DNA of 64,000 bases from Octopus bimaculoides. Taxonomy: Eukaryota. The DNA lies in NCBI RefSeq assembly GCF_001194135.2, contig NC_068997.1, positions 49,184,123-49,248,122 of the forward strand. Direction: 5' to 3'. The translations under genes and the position numbers were made by a program. Below, piece by piece: positions 47,906 to 60,582 of this stretch (within the stretch, counting starts at the first letter, position 1; each line of letters starts with the position of its first letter). The notes beneath the pieces were generated by a model, which was not told the DNA's origin, did not search any database, and saw only the letters and a list, made by a program, of their open reading frames with translations.

Positions 47906-49054
47906 CATGCGTGTTTGTGTGTACGGTGGGTGTACTTGCCAATGTATGTGTTTATGTGTCTATCATAGTGTGTGTGTGTGTCTGTGTGTCTGTGTGCGTG
48001 TGTGCGTCTGTCTGGGAGTGCGACCGTACGTGTGCCTTTGTCTGTATCTGTGGGTGTTTGTGTACATTTCAGTGTACTTGCTTTTGTGCGTAATATTTCA
48101 TCGTGAGAGAATGCTTCCATTACTTTATACGGCCTTGCCACGAGAAAGAAAACACTCCTAAAATCGTGAATCATGAGAGAAAAAAAAAACACTTCAGTAA
48201 TAACAAAGTAATTCGTCTGCTGTGAATTTCTAACAAAACTTTTACAAAAATAATCTTCTTTGAATACTCTAAATACAATCAGAGCACATAACATCTAGAA
48301 TCCATCTTGTAATTTTATGCAATTTCAAGTTTGCATAATGTACAATAGTATTCAAGAGACATGGCATTTGACCTTAGAGTCTCCTGAAAAACTTCTTCTT
48401 TCAACATTATGTATCATTGTTCGTTCTGAGCTTAAATTTATTATATGCCATCTAACAGCTAGACTCTACGGACGCTTGAAAACGATTTTGGTGTCAAAAT
48501 TAATCTCCATAAATGACGATGGCTTTTCTAGGAGGGACGATGTTTTTTTGTAGCAATCCTCAATTTGTTATTCAGCTACAGATTTTCTAAGAAAGGTTTA
48601 CACACTTTTAGTGCTATCTCACGTTATTTTCTATTGTGAAGGGTTGATAGTTCTTTGCAAAATGTACTCAATGTTACCAAGTATGTCCTTTGTATCACAT
48701 GTAACCCCAAGGGCATATTTTTCTAGCGTACATGCATCATATTTGATCTCCATTACCATTATTTTTCAACCAATAGAATGAATTAGAACTTATGAAAAGA
48801 TAACTTTATGTAATTCAGAATGTATGAAATAATAATGGCTCGCTAAAAGTCTCATGACAAGAATGGACGTTTAGGACAAGTTTATGAAAATGTTTTGCAC
48901 AGGCAAATGGTTAAGACTTTGGCATTCTAAAGCGAAAAAAGAACAACATGAAATATCTCGGATATTGCTCTTCAACGATAACGTAACCCAAAACAGGGAC
49001 CTGAAATCTCGAAGAAATAGTTAGATAACTCTTATATGTTTTGTTATATTTATT

Positions 49055-49215
49055 TGAGTCATTGGACTGTGGCCATGCTGTGGCACTTCCTTGAAGTGTT
49101 TAGTGAAACAAATCGACCCAAGTACTCATACACTTATGTTACTGCTTTTTTTTTGCCGAACCGTTAAGTTACAGGAACGTAAACAAGGCAACACCGATTG
49201 GCGATACGTACACAC
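49055..49215 (-). mobile_element. SINE type A 3' module
   Basis: AGTCATTGGACTGTGGCCATGCTG...AAATCGACCC...GCCGAACCGTTAAGTTAC. Confidence 0.75.
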
Positions 49216-49269
49216 GCATACACACACACACATGTGTATATACATACATACATACATATATATATATAT

Positions 49270-49462
49270 GGGAGAATGTACGAAAAAACAACAACAGACG
49301 AGGACAGGTGGTGTAAATAACAAAAGGATGTATTAGTATGACGCTCGGGAATACGGAAAGTCTTTGACGTTTCGAGCTACGCTCTTCAACAGAAAGAATA
49401 CGGAGACAAGGAGAAAAACACGGAGAAAAAAAATTGAATAGTGTTCAGTCAACGGTCAATCA
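49270..49462 (-). mobile_element. Penelope-like element terminal-repeat fragment
   Basis: Carries a hammerhead-shaped motif (next feature) in a GAAAC-GTC context typical of PLE ends. Assignment rests on that motif; no coding sequence is adjacent. Confidence 0.55.
49361..49397 (-). ncRNA. Type I hammerhead-ribozyme-like motif with variant core
   Basis: TCTTT-CTGTTGA-A-GAGC(GTA)GCTC-GAAAC-GTC-AAAGA: 5-bp stem I, 4-bp stem II, loopless palindromic stem III, GUC cleavage triplet. The core differs from CUGAUGA at A6. Confidence 0.6.
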
Positions 49463-49464
49463 TA

Positions 49465-49518
<54 letters not shown>

Positions 49519-50002
49519 GTAAATATAAAAGATGAAGACTGTGTCGAAATTTAATATCAATACAAGAACTTGCAAATGCCGGAATGTTAAAAGATGAAGA
49601 TAGTATGCAAGACATATACCATCTTAAAGAAATACTGCCATCTTCGTCTCTGATAATTAAGACATGGGTATTCTTACCTCATAACAGGTAGTTTAACACC
49701 TTTCCCACAGACATATATAAATGATGCTGCACGTTTATTCTTCAAAGTATGTTACTGGTGTGCCGAAACGCATATATATATATTCCAGCCTCCATGTGTG
49801 CATTGAAGCGTGTCTCTCTCTGAATAATACATTATTAAAACACTCTCACGTTTATTCGTTGAATATTGCGAATGGTCTTATTTGTTTCTTCCTTGATTTT
49901 TCTGGCTTATTTTTCGCGTGTGCTTTCGATGTATAGATATGTATACGTTTATATTCAAATGTATGTATGTGTGTGTATGTGAGCACATATACGTGAGCAT
50001 GT

Positions 50003-50043
<41 letters not shown>

Positions 50044-50045
50044 CA

Positions 50046-50076
<31 letters not shown>

Positions 50077-50306
50077 TTACGTACATACAGGCATGCATGA
50101 TATGAATGTCTATATATATTTATTCAATCATGCACATACATATATGTGTGTATACACACATACAAACTAACACACACATAACCACAGAGACATATACTCA
50201 CATATATATCTTTCATATTATATCTGATATATACACGTATATATAATATACCCACGTTAACATAAATATATAGATGGGAGTGTGTATAAATAAATAAATA
50301 AATGTA

Positions 50307-50369
<63 letters not shown>

Positions 50370-51920
50370 CTATCGATATGCATATATACCTATATACCTT
50401 CACGTTTGGTTTTCTAAACGAAATCTATACAGAAAGACTTTAGAATAAGAACTTTCACTAAGAAAGGGTAAAAAAATCAGAAAAAAAAATGTACTACTTA
50501 ATGGCTCATCATAGCACCCCACCGACCCTCACATTCCACTTGCCACCCCACAACGCACACCCCACTCACTTCCGTGCTCTGAACTCCGCACCCCATACTC
50601 ACATCTCGCACCATGCTGTTCCTCAACCACCATGCTCCTCTCCTCACCTCCGCGGACCTCAAGCCTATCCATGTGTCTTTAACATTTTCCATTGAATACT
50701 TATGGATATGACTAAAATTGATTGGTTTATTTTTTTGGTTCCACCACCACCATCACAATAAACACCTCCACTACCACCATCACTAATACCACCACAACCA
50801 CCACCATCACCACCACCACCGCAATCACCAACACCACCACTACTACCATCTCAACGACCACCACCATCACCACAACCACTAAAACCACCACCANNNNNNN
50901 NNNNNNNNNNNNNNNNNNNNNNNNNNNNNNNNNNNNNNNNNNNNNNNNNNNNNNNNNNNNNNNNNNNNNNNNNNNNNNNNNNNNNNNNNNNNNNNNNNNN
51001 NNNNNNNNNNNNNNNNNNNNNNNNNNNNNNNNNNNNNNNNNNNNNNNNNNNNNNNNNNNNNNNNNNNNNNNNNNNNNNNNNNNNNNNNNNNNNNNNNNNN
51101 NNNNNNNNNNNNNNNNNNNNNNNNNNNNNNNNNNNNNNNNNNNNNNNNNNNNNNNNNNNNNNNNNNNNNNNNNNNNNNNNNNNNNNNNNNNNNNNNNNNN
51201 NNNNNNNNNNNNNNNNNNNNNNNNNNNNNNNNNNNNNNNNNNNNNNNNNNNNNNNNNNNNNNNNNNNNNNNNNNNNNNNNNNNNNNNNNNNNNNNNNNNN
51301 NNNNNNNNNNNNNNNNNNNNNNNNNNNNNNNNNNNNNNNNNNNNNNNNNNNNNNNNNNNNNNNNNNNNNNNNNNNNNNNNNNNNNNNNNNNNNNNNNNNN
51401 NNNNNNNNNNNNNNNNNNNNNNNNNNNNNNNNNNNNNNNNNNNNNNNNNNNNNNNNNNNNNNNNNNNNNNNNNNNNNNNNNNNNNNNNNNNNNNNNNNNN
51501 NNNNNNNNNNNNNNNNNNNNNNNNNNNNNNNNNNNNNNNNNNNNNCCACCACCACCACCACCACCCTCTCTCCTCCGCCACCATCACCCACCCATATACC
51601 GCCATTATAACCTTACCATTTATACAGACATCTCCTGCCATTCTCTTCTCCATTGTTTCAGCCATTATTTCTCTCTCTCTCTCTCTTTTAACAAAATCCA
51701 AAACCTTACAACTAAAAGCTTCTCTTCTTCTTTTCTTTTCTCTTTTCAACGTTTTTTTCCTTTATTTTCTTTTTATTGTTTTCATATTTAGCGCCATATT
51801 GGATTTTATTATTGTTTTGTTGATTTGTTTTTGTGGTTTTTGTTAGTTTTTGTGCTGTGTGGATTATTGTTGTTTTTGCTGTCTCTAGTTATTTCAATGG
51901 TGGTGGTGGTGGCGTTGTTG

Positions 51921-51952
<32 letters not shown>

Positions 51953-52572
51953 GGGTGGTGGTGGTGGTGGTGGAGGTGGTGACGATGGTGGTGTTATTGA
52001 TGGTTGCAGTGTTGGTNNNNNNNNNNNNNNNNNNNNNNNNNNNNNNNNNNNNNNNNNNNNNNNNNNNNNNNNNNNNNNNNNNNNNNNNNNNNNNNNNNNN
52101 NNNNNNNNNNNNNNNNNNNNNNNNNNNNNNNNNNNNNNNNNNNNNNNNNNNNNNNNNNNNNNNNNNNNNNNNNNNNNNNNNNNNNNNNNNNNNNNNNNNN
52201 NNNGGTTATGGTGGTGGTGGTGGTGGTGGTAATCTTGAACTTGCTTGTGGTAATGATGGTGGTAACGATTATAGTACTGGTGGTAGTGATGGTGGTGGTG
52301 GTGGTGGTGGTGGTGGTGGTGGTTGTATTTGTGTAGGTGATTGACGATCATTTGCAATACGATGTTTGGCATACAAAATCGATGACGCTGACGTGCGAAG
52401 AGATCATCGCATCGGAATAATCTTGGTGACGACGACGAGAGAAGAAATAGGTGGGAAGAGAAAAAAAGGGGAAGGCGAATACTAAAAGGAATGGCCATAA
52501 GGATGATGGAAACGATGACGATGACGACGGTGATGACGGGGAGGAGGATACAAGAACGACAATAGCAGCAGC

Positions 52573-52574
<2 letters not shown>

Positions 52575-52621
<47 letters not shown>

Positions 52622-53070
52622 TGCCCGGATGCAGTACCAGGCAGTGGCTCTCATGGCTTCTGATCTTAATTGATTGGAAGTGTTATCCTGTACATTGTTT
52701 TGTCTTGGTATGAAAAGATGGGCTACAGCAAATATTCTGCTTAATACCACAGATTTGCTTGTCAGTTGTTTGACCTTTAACCAGTTGAGCATGTCCCTTG
52801 GTGGCTGACGATATGTGCATCTCTGATCACGAGCAGAAGTAGTGGGAGAGCATCATAGCCATGTGTTGAGAGGAGTTGTTTGGGTCTTGAACAATTCACC
52901 TTTGGAAACATGGGTGTTTTGCTCAACATCCTTAAACAAACCTTAATCAGGGACCTTTTGACTGGGATGGGCTACTCGACCTGAAGAAAATTGTAACTGG
53001 GCCCCACCTGCGAGGTCATGCGTTGTTTATCTTGATATGAGATCACTATATCGTGCACATATGGTTGTGA
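52575..53070 (-). mobile_element. Non-coding retroelement 3' segment of unassigned family, ending in a (TTA)n tail
   Basis: Complex ~450-bp sequence ending ...CTGGTACTGCATCCGGGCA-TATTATTATT on the minus strand. No ORF; retroelement status inferred from the tail and from resemblance to an octopus interspersed repeat recalled from memory. Confidence 0.55.
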
Positions 53071-53897
53071 TAATTTCCAGATGCCCTTGGCTTGGCAGTG
53101 CTACGGGGGTGGGGAACGGTTCGAGATAAACTCTACAGGCAAGGATGCGCTGTCAAATGGACTTATTCGAGGGGCGCGCAGAGTGACGAAACCGTTCTGC
53201 ACTCCCTCGTTCAATGTCCGGGCATTGTTGACTTGTGGGGTTATGTTGAACAGCTGCTGTCACGTGTGGGACGGATCCGTCTGTTGGCCTAGTCTGTAGT
53301 GATGATTGCACCGCCGCCCTCCATCAATCGGGCAGGCAAGGCAGTTTTCCTTTGCCTGGTGACTGGCAAAAGAGGTTGTTTGGTGGACAAGGCTGAAATG
53401 CATGAGACCAGATACATTCCTCTTTGGCAGAGCTGTCATTGACTTCTTCAAGTTTCACTTGAAAAGGAAATTGAGAGTGGAGAGGCAAGTGCTGTTCTCG
53501 AGTGAGTTTATTGAAAGCTGGGTGAAAGTTGCGAAAATGGCAAGAGTGGATGGTACTTCTCTAAGTTTAGACCTGTGAGTCGGAGAGAAGGAATTGGAGA
53601 GGGCACTTGCTCCTGGGGTTTCAGAGAAATCTCGGACGGTGGAGTTCCTCGATTATTCCTAGAGGCGTTCCTGTATCAGGAGGGCCACATCTCTATCATC
53701 TTCCTTCCACCACCTTTCTTTTTACCTTTGTATGCTATGCGTGTCTTTTTTTCCAGTGTATACCGTGTATACCTTTTTGTTTTTTAATAATTTCATTATT
53801 ATATGTAAACCCCCACACTTTATGTGTGTTTCTGTATTGTCCCGCTCATCTTTCGCCCTTGTTGGAAATAAATGAAATCATTATTATTATTATTATT
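53071..53897 (+). mobile_element. L1/Tx1-clade LINE 3' end (zf-RVT region, 3' UTR, AATAAA, ATT tail), 5'-truncated
   Basis: NFQ..LAWQCY/...VRDKLYRQG...SDETVLHSLVQC...LW, then KEVVWWTR...FFKFHLKRKLRVER...stop at 53576-53578; AATAAA at 53867-53872; (ATT)n to 53897. Confidence 0.88.
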
Positions 53898-54280
53898 GGC
53901 TAAAGGGGCGAAGACATTAAGAAAAAGAAAAGGGGGGGAGGAAGAAGAAGAAAAGTACGATACATCAAAAAGTAATATGTGTGTGTATGTGTATGTGTGT
54001 GTGTTTGTGTGTGTGTGCGCGCGCGTGTGTAATCACCAAAACAAAATTAAAATAAACAGTGAAAAACATGCAAACAATAAAAATAGTAATAACCAACACA
54101 ACAAACAATTCCAATATGCATAGAAATAGACATAGAGAGAGAGAGAGAGAGGGAGGGAGAGAGAGAGGGGGAGAGAGAGAGGGAGAGGGAGAGAGAGAGA
54201 GGGAGAGAGAAAAGAGAGAGACAGAAAAGAGAGAGAGAAAAGAGAGAGACGGCACAGAGAGAGAGGGAGAGAGATAGAGG

Positions 54281-54311
<31 letters not shown>

Positions 54312-54637
54312 GGAGAGAGAGAGAGAGAGAGTGAAGCACAGACATGGGCGTTGTTGCAAGTAGTCAATTCTTCGAAGATGTATTTATTGTTGTTGTTGTT
54401 GTTACTGATGTTTCAGTTATTTCAATCATTAAATCCGACGCTTGGCCTCTCGTTAATGTTCCGTGTTCAATAGACATTCATCCATAATTATGTAATTAAG
54501 TAGATCCAATCATTATATTTTCTTACACTAAACCTCCTCTTTGACTCGTTCCTCGCTTCTTCATGACTTTAGCTGAAAAATCCATTATTATTATTGCTAT
54601 TATTATTGTTGTTGTTGTTTTTCTTCTTCTTCTTCTT

Positions 54638-54717
<80 letters not shown>

Positions 54718-54825
54718 CATTATTATTATTATCATCATTACTCTTGTGTTTTCTATAGCGTATACTTGCGAGGTCCTTCTGCACCGTCAGCAACATCTCC
54801 GAGTACCTGATGCTTGTGTGTGTAT

Positions 54826-54891
<66 letters not shown>

Positions 54892-55511
54892 ATATCTGTG
54901 TGTGTGTACATTATTGCATTTTCTGAGGTGTAGTATTGTTTACGCATTATATAATGCTATATAAATTTTCTTTTGTTGTGGAAGTTCGTTTTGTTTTTGT
55001 TGATGTTATTTTTATTGCTTCATCTGTTTGTTGTGTAGAATATCTGTTATATGGTTTATACCTACACAACAACAACAACAACAACAACAACGACAACCAC
55101 TATACATGTCTACACTACTCCAACCAAAATAGGAATATCGAAACGCTATCTTTCGCAAATACCTTGAACGACAAATAAAAAGCAGAGAAAGCGAAAAACA
55201 CCGTAAAATGGAGCAGTTTGCCGAGAGAACAACAGCTCGGCGACATTTTGTTTACAAAGCAATTGCCACCCTACCAAAATCAATCACAGGCGCGCCAGTG
55301 GAGGAGAGTAATTTATCTGTGTTTTACCGAGGTTACCTAGTATTTCAGGTAACCTGGTAAGATATCAAGTATCTTACTGGTGGTAAGATTTAGAAACACC
55401 TGACTGACATTTTCTCCGTTATTGTGGGATGTAGTGTGGATGGTTCTATAATTGTTATCCTTAGATCAGAGGATGGAGTTAAAGTGCATGCTCATGATGT
55501 ACACAATACAC

Positions 55512-55656
55512 TTTTTTTCCCTCTAGGCACAAGGCCCTAAATTTTGGGGGAAGGGTAAAGTTGATTAGATTGATCCCCAGTACGCAACTGGTACTTATTT
55601 AATCGACCCCGAAAGGATGAAAAGCAAAGTCGACCTCGACGGAATTTGAACTCAGA
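55512..55656 (-). mobile_element. SINE type B1, 5'-truncated
   Basis: CTCTAGGCACAAGGCCC...AATCGACCCCGAAAGGATGAAAAGCAAAGTCGACCTCG...TTGAACTCAGA. Confidence 0.88.
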
Positions 55657-55793
55657 TATAACTAAGATTATTTATTTAGTTGATTTAGAATGCAGGAAAA
55701 AAATATTTGGTATTGAAAATTTAATAAAGAACTCTTAACAAATCGAAGCAGTTATATTTTCTTTTATTCTCTTAATATTTCTCAGTCTTAATG

Positions 55794-56001
55794 GGACGAG
55801 CTGGCACAATCGTTAGCACTGGGCAAAATGGTTAGCTAAATTCGTTTGCCATTACATTCTGACTTCAAATTCCGCCGAGGTCGACTTTGCCATTCAGCCT
55901 TTCAGGGTCGATAAATTAAATACCAGTTGCATACTGGGTTGGATCTAATCGACTGGCTCACTCTCCAAAAGTTTCGAGCCTTGTGCTTAGAGTAGAAAAG
56001 G
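55794..56001 (+). mobile_element. SINE type B1, full length, with perfect 19-bp flanking direct repeat
   Basis: ATATTTCTCAGTCTTAATG at 55775-55793 and 56002-56020. Confidence 0.9.
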
Positions 56002-56020
56002 ATATTTCTCAGTCTTAATG

Positions 56021-56180
56021 CAGAATTGTTAGCACTCTGGGCTAAATTGCTTATTGGCCGGCCTTGCCTTTCATCTCTTCGGGGTCGATAAAATAAGTAC
56101 CAGTTCAGCACTGTGTTCAATGTAATCGACAACCTCCTACCTCAAAATTGCTGGCCTTGTGCCAAGCTATGAAACCAGCA
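56021..56180 (+). mobile_element. SINE type B, internally deleted
   Basis: CAGAATTGTTAGCAC...TTGCCTTTCATCTCTTCGGGGTCGATAAAATAAGTACCAG...GGCCTTGTGCC. Confidence 0.82.
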
Positions 56181-57447
56181 TTTCATTTGTCTTTCCTGCT
56201 TTCTCTCTTAACCTATCTATCATCTCTTCCCCTCCACCTCTTCCTACAAATCGCTACTTCTCCTCTTTCATTATTTCCTTCTTTCTATCTTTCTTTCTTT
56301 CTCTCCTTCCTTCTTTCTTTCTTTCTCTTTTATTTCTCTCCCCCTCTCCCTCTCTCTTTTTGGTTTGTGTAGTTATATTTATGTGTTTTCAGTCGAAAAT
56401 TTATACGTAGTTTCATAGGAGATTGATTTTTAGCTGCACTGAGATGATCTTTGCATTGCTATTCATATATATTCATATATTCAGATACACATGCTCTGAT
56501 AGGATCCATGGGTACGTGTGTATGTATGTATGTATGTATGTATGTATGTATGTATGTATGTATGTACGTATGCATGTATGTATAGTGCCATGGATGTATT
56601 TAGCTAACTACATTTCTCTTTCTATATATATATATATATAGCGTATGTACATTTTGTGAATACATGCATGTGTGTGTTTGTGTTTGTGTTTGTGTGTGTA
56701 TTGCAGAATGTATGTTTGAGTTTATGTGTGTGCCGCACCTCGACTGTTAACACAAATATTAAATGATCCGTCGTATTTTATCCTCATATAACCGCTATAA
56801 ATTTATGATATATAAATGCTTGACACACATATATATATATATATATATTTACATTATTTAAATATAATATATACATACATATATATATANNNNNNNNNNA
56901 TACACATGTACATATGCATACATATACACATATACATATATATATGTGTGTGTGTGTGTGTGTATATATGTCTTTGATGTGAATAATGTAGACGAACCAA
57001 ATTGTTCAGTGTACTTGCATATACGAACAGAGCTTTGCATCAGAGTGTTCATATACGTACGTGTGTATATACGTGCCGACACTGATACATTTCTGCGTAT
57101 GTATGTGTCCGTGTGGGTGTGTGCGTGTGTGTGTAGGTGTGTGTGTGTGCGTGCGTGTGTGTAGGTGTGTGTGTGCGCGTGTGTGTGTGTATGTATAAGG
57201 GGGCGGTTCGTAAATATAAACTGTCATCCATTCACTTCTGGTGTAAAATTAACTGCACTTATGTGCACCAAGCTTTAAATGTCAAGAATAATGCCTCACG
57301 CAGGCTCGAGAGAGCGCACACACATATACACACATACGCGCGCGCTCAGATAGAAAGACTGAGAGATAGAGTTAGAGAGAGAAAGGGAGATCTATCTATC
57401 TAGCTAGCTAGCTAGATAGATAGATAGACAGAGAGACAGATAGATAC

Positions 57448-57501
<54 letters not shown>

Positions 57502-57984
57502 CAAATAATAAATGAGTGTATGCATATATACGTACATGTATGTACATACTTCCATCTACCTGTATATATAGATGCATATCTGGGTACAGGACATTGTAAA
57601 CAAAGCGTAGACAAAATGATAAACGAGTACAGAAAACACACAGGCCACATAGAGAACATCTCCTTCATCAGCTACCCCCATTCTAACAGGCGTTTCGAAG
57701 AGTAGGGCAGACCGCATCGTCAAAACGGCTCTTCCCACGGACCACAAATTAAATTTGTAACGTGGAGGAATGTAGTGGCGGACAGAAAACAAAACAGGAA
57801 AACGAAACAGTGAGGACAAACGAGCCAGACGTGAAAAAAGTATGCGCTGAACGCTGTGAAGCAACGAACTGGAAACGAGACGAAGAATTGTTCGTGCTAG
57901 CTTCGCGAAAACGAAGATATATATATATATATATATATATATGTATACACATCCACTCTTTACATCATCCCATATGCAAACCAC

Positions 57985-58122
57985 CGTTGGTAACTTTCAC
58001 TTCACAAGCAAGTATGCCAGTCAAAGTTTAACTCGGCGGAATCTGAACTCAGAATATAAGGACAGAAAAAATGCCTCAAATCTGTTTATCAGGCGATTAA
58101 CTGTTTTGCCAGCTGGCAGCCT
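57985..58122 (-). mobile_element. SINE type B head, degenerate
   Basis: CAAAGTTTAACTCGGCGGAATCTGAACTCAGAA...TTTTGCCAGCTGGCAGCC. Confidence 0.65.
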
Positions 58123-58388
58123 TCTTCACACTTAAAATAATTCTTTTTTAACAAATATCTTGATATTCTTCTGCTTCTTTCAGTACGAAGTTGCGCAAGC
58201 AGACATATTTACAGACTTCCAGAACATTGAACGACTGCAGAAGGAAAGTACGAATAAAAGTGAGAGAAAAAAAGATGTGAGATTGGAAAGATTGATCCGT
58301 ATATAAGCAGAAAAATAATAACCAATAAAATGCAATATTTATATAAACCTATTTTCAGCTATATATATATATATAGATAGATAAATAG

Positions 58389-58449
<61 letters not shown>

Positions 58450-59337
58450 AGTATGTGGGCCTACATTCAATCGAGATTTATATTGATTTTTGTAGGGTCT
58501 GCGTATTGCTTGATTGAGGATAAGTAGGCTTCACACACACACACACACATACGTGTATTTATACGAATGTGTGTGTGTGTGCGAATGAACATATTACTGT
58601 GTGATTGTTGGTATGAACAAAGCTTTTTAACATACTTAGTAAAGCACTCAATACTTAAGAAGATACAGTTAAATGTGTTTGTTTATTAATGATTAGCTGA
58701 CAGAGATAAGACTACGAAAGTACAAACAGCCGTCACTCATGAGCGAGTGTAGCTTGCTAACGTGTTCCATTCTTCACCAATTGATTTAGGAGCTTGTGGA
58801 GTCGCGACTAATCATAGATACATACGTCACCCAGCAGAGGGAGAGATGTCTCTACAGGACTTTAGGATCATGAACGATATCCTTCTCACTAGGCCACGTG
58901 ATTCGTTTTAAATAGTTATTCGAATAAATTTAAATGATTATGTTTAATCGCGTTCTCTTTACACATCTATTATTTATAATTCTGATTTATAATTCTGTTT
59001 TCAGCATTTTGCCATTTCAGCATTTTGCCATTTAAAATACACATACTTACACACGAATACATACACACACATAAATCTATACCCACTTACATACAAACAT
59101 ACATACATACATATACATACATGCGCCAAAGCAACATACCTTCAGAATGACGTATTATCACACATGTGGATTACCAGATCACATTTTAATTACGTTTCCG
59201 GGATTGCAATTCCGTCTGATCCCGTGAATTAGGATTGCAATCTGTCTCTTTAGGCAGATAGCAGGGTTTTTGAATATTGCCAGCAACAAACTGTTTATTG
59301 CTTTCTTCAGCCTACTTCGATATTGCGATCAAATGTA

Positions 59338-59490
59338 TATTCTTTTATTCTTTTACTTGTTTCCGTCATTTGACTGCGGTCATGCTGGAGTACCGCTTTT
59401 AGTCGAACAAATCGATCCCAGCACTTATTGGAAGCCTAGTACTTATTCTATTGGTCTCCTTTGCCAAACTGCTAAGTTACGGGTACGCAC
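59338..59490 (-). mobile_element. SINE type A 3' module including tail
   Basis: TATTCTTTTATTCTTTTACTTGTTTCCGTCATTTGACTGCGGTCATGCTGGAG...AAGCCTAGTACTTATTCTATTGG. Confidence 0.85.
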
Positions 59491-59502
59491 CATCATCGGA
59501 TA

Positions 59503-59549
<47 letters not shown>

Positions 59550-60582
59550 TTACTGCCTGGAATCGAACTCGGAATCTTGGGGTTAGTAGCCCGCGCTCTA
59601 TCTATCTATCTGTCTGTCTGTCTGTCTGTTCAGCTATGCACACACACACACACACACACATACACACACATATATATATAAATATATATATATACATATA
59701 TATANNNNNNNNNNNNNNNNNNNNNNNNNNNNNNNNNNNNNNNNNNNNNNNNNNNNNNNNNNNNNNNNNNNNNNNNNNNNNNNNNNNNNNNNNNNNNNNN
59801 NNNNNNNNNNNNNNNNNNNNNNNNNNNNNNNNNNNNNNNNNNNNNNNNNNNNNNNNNNNNNNNNNNNNNNNNNNNNNNNNNNNNNNNNNNNNNNNNNNNN
59901 NNNNNNNNNNNNNNNNNNNNNNNNNNNNNNNNNNNNNNNNNNNNNNNNNNNNNNNNNNNNNNNNNNNNNNNNNNNNNNNNNNNNNNNNNNNNNNNNNNNN
60001 NNNNNNNNNNNNNNNNNNNNNNNNNNNNNNNNNNNNNNNNNNNNNNNNNNNNNNNNNNNNNNNAGTCCCAAATGAAACTTTTCGTACATAATCAAATTTT
60101 CGAAGCGAATCTAAAAATGAACCAATTTTATTGGGAGCTGAGCGCCTGCAATCCACCCCGTTTATAATTCTAACGCTCTTCTATCGATATAAGATCATGT
60201 GGGGGCGTTTGTGTGTGTGTGTGTGTGTGTATGTGTGTGTGTGTGTGTGTGTGCGTGCGTGCGCGCGCGCGTGTGTTTGGTATGTGTGTTGTATTTGAAT
60301 ATGTGTGCTCTATGTGAATGTGTATAGCACTCCGATGTTGCTGTTATTTAATATCATATCGGTTTCCAAGGCAACAAGGCAGCGAATCCTATTGTAGCAA
60401 ACTGGGAGGAGAGGATGGGGAGAAGGTGCAGGAGAGTTGGAGAAGGCCTACTGCAAGAATGAGAAGAGAACGGGTACTCTGAAGGTGGTTTATGATACCC
60501 TGAGTATTATATCAGAATGAGCAGAAAAAAAGAGACATCGAGTAAGATAGAGGTTTCTGAGAAAGTATCTAGAGGATTCGCG

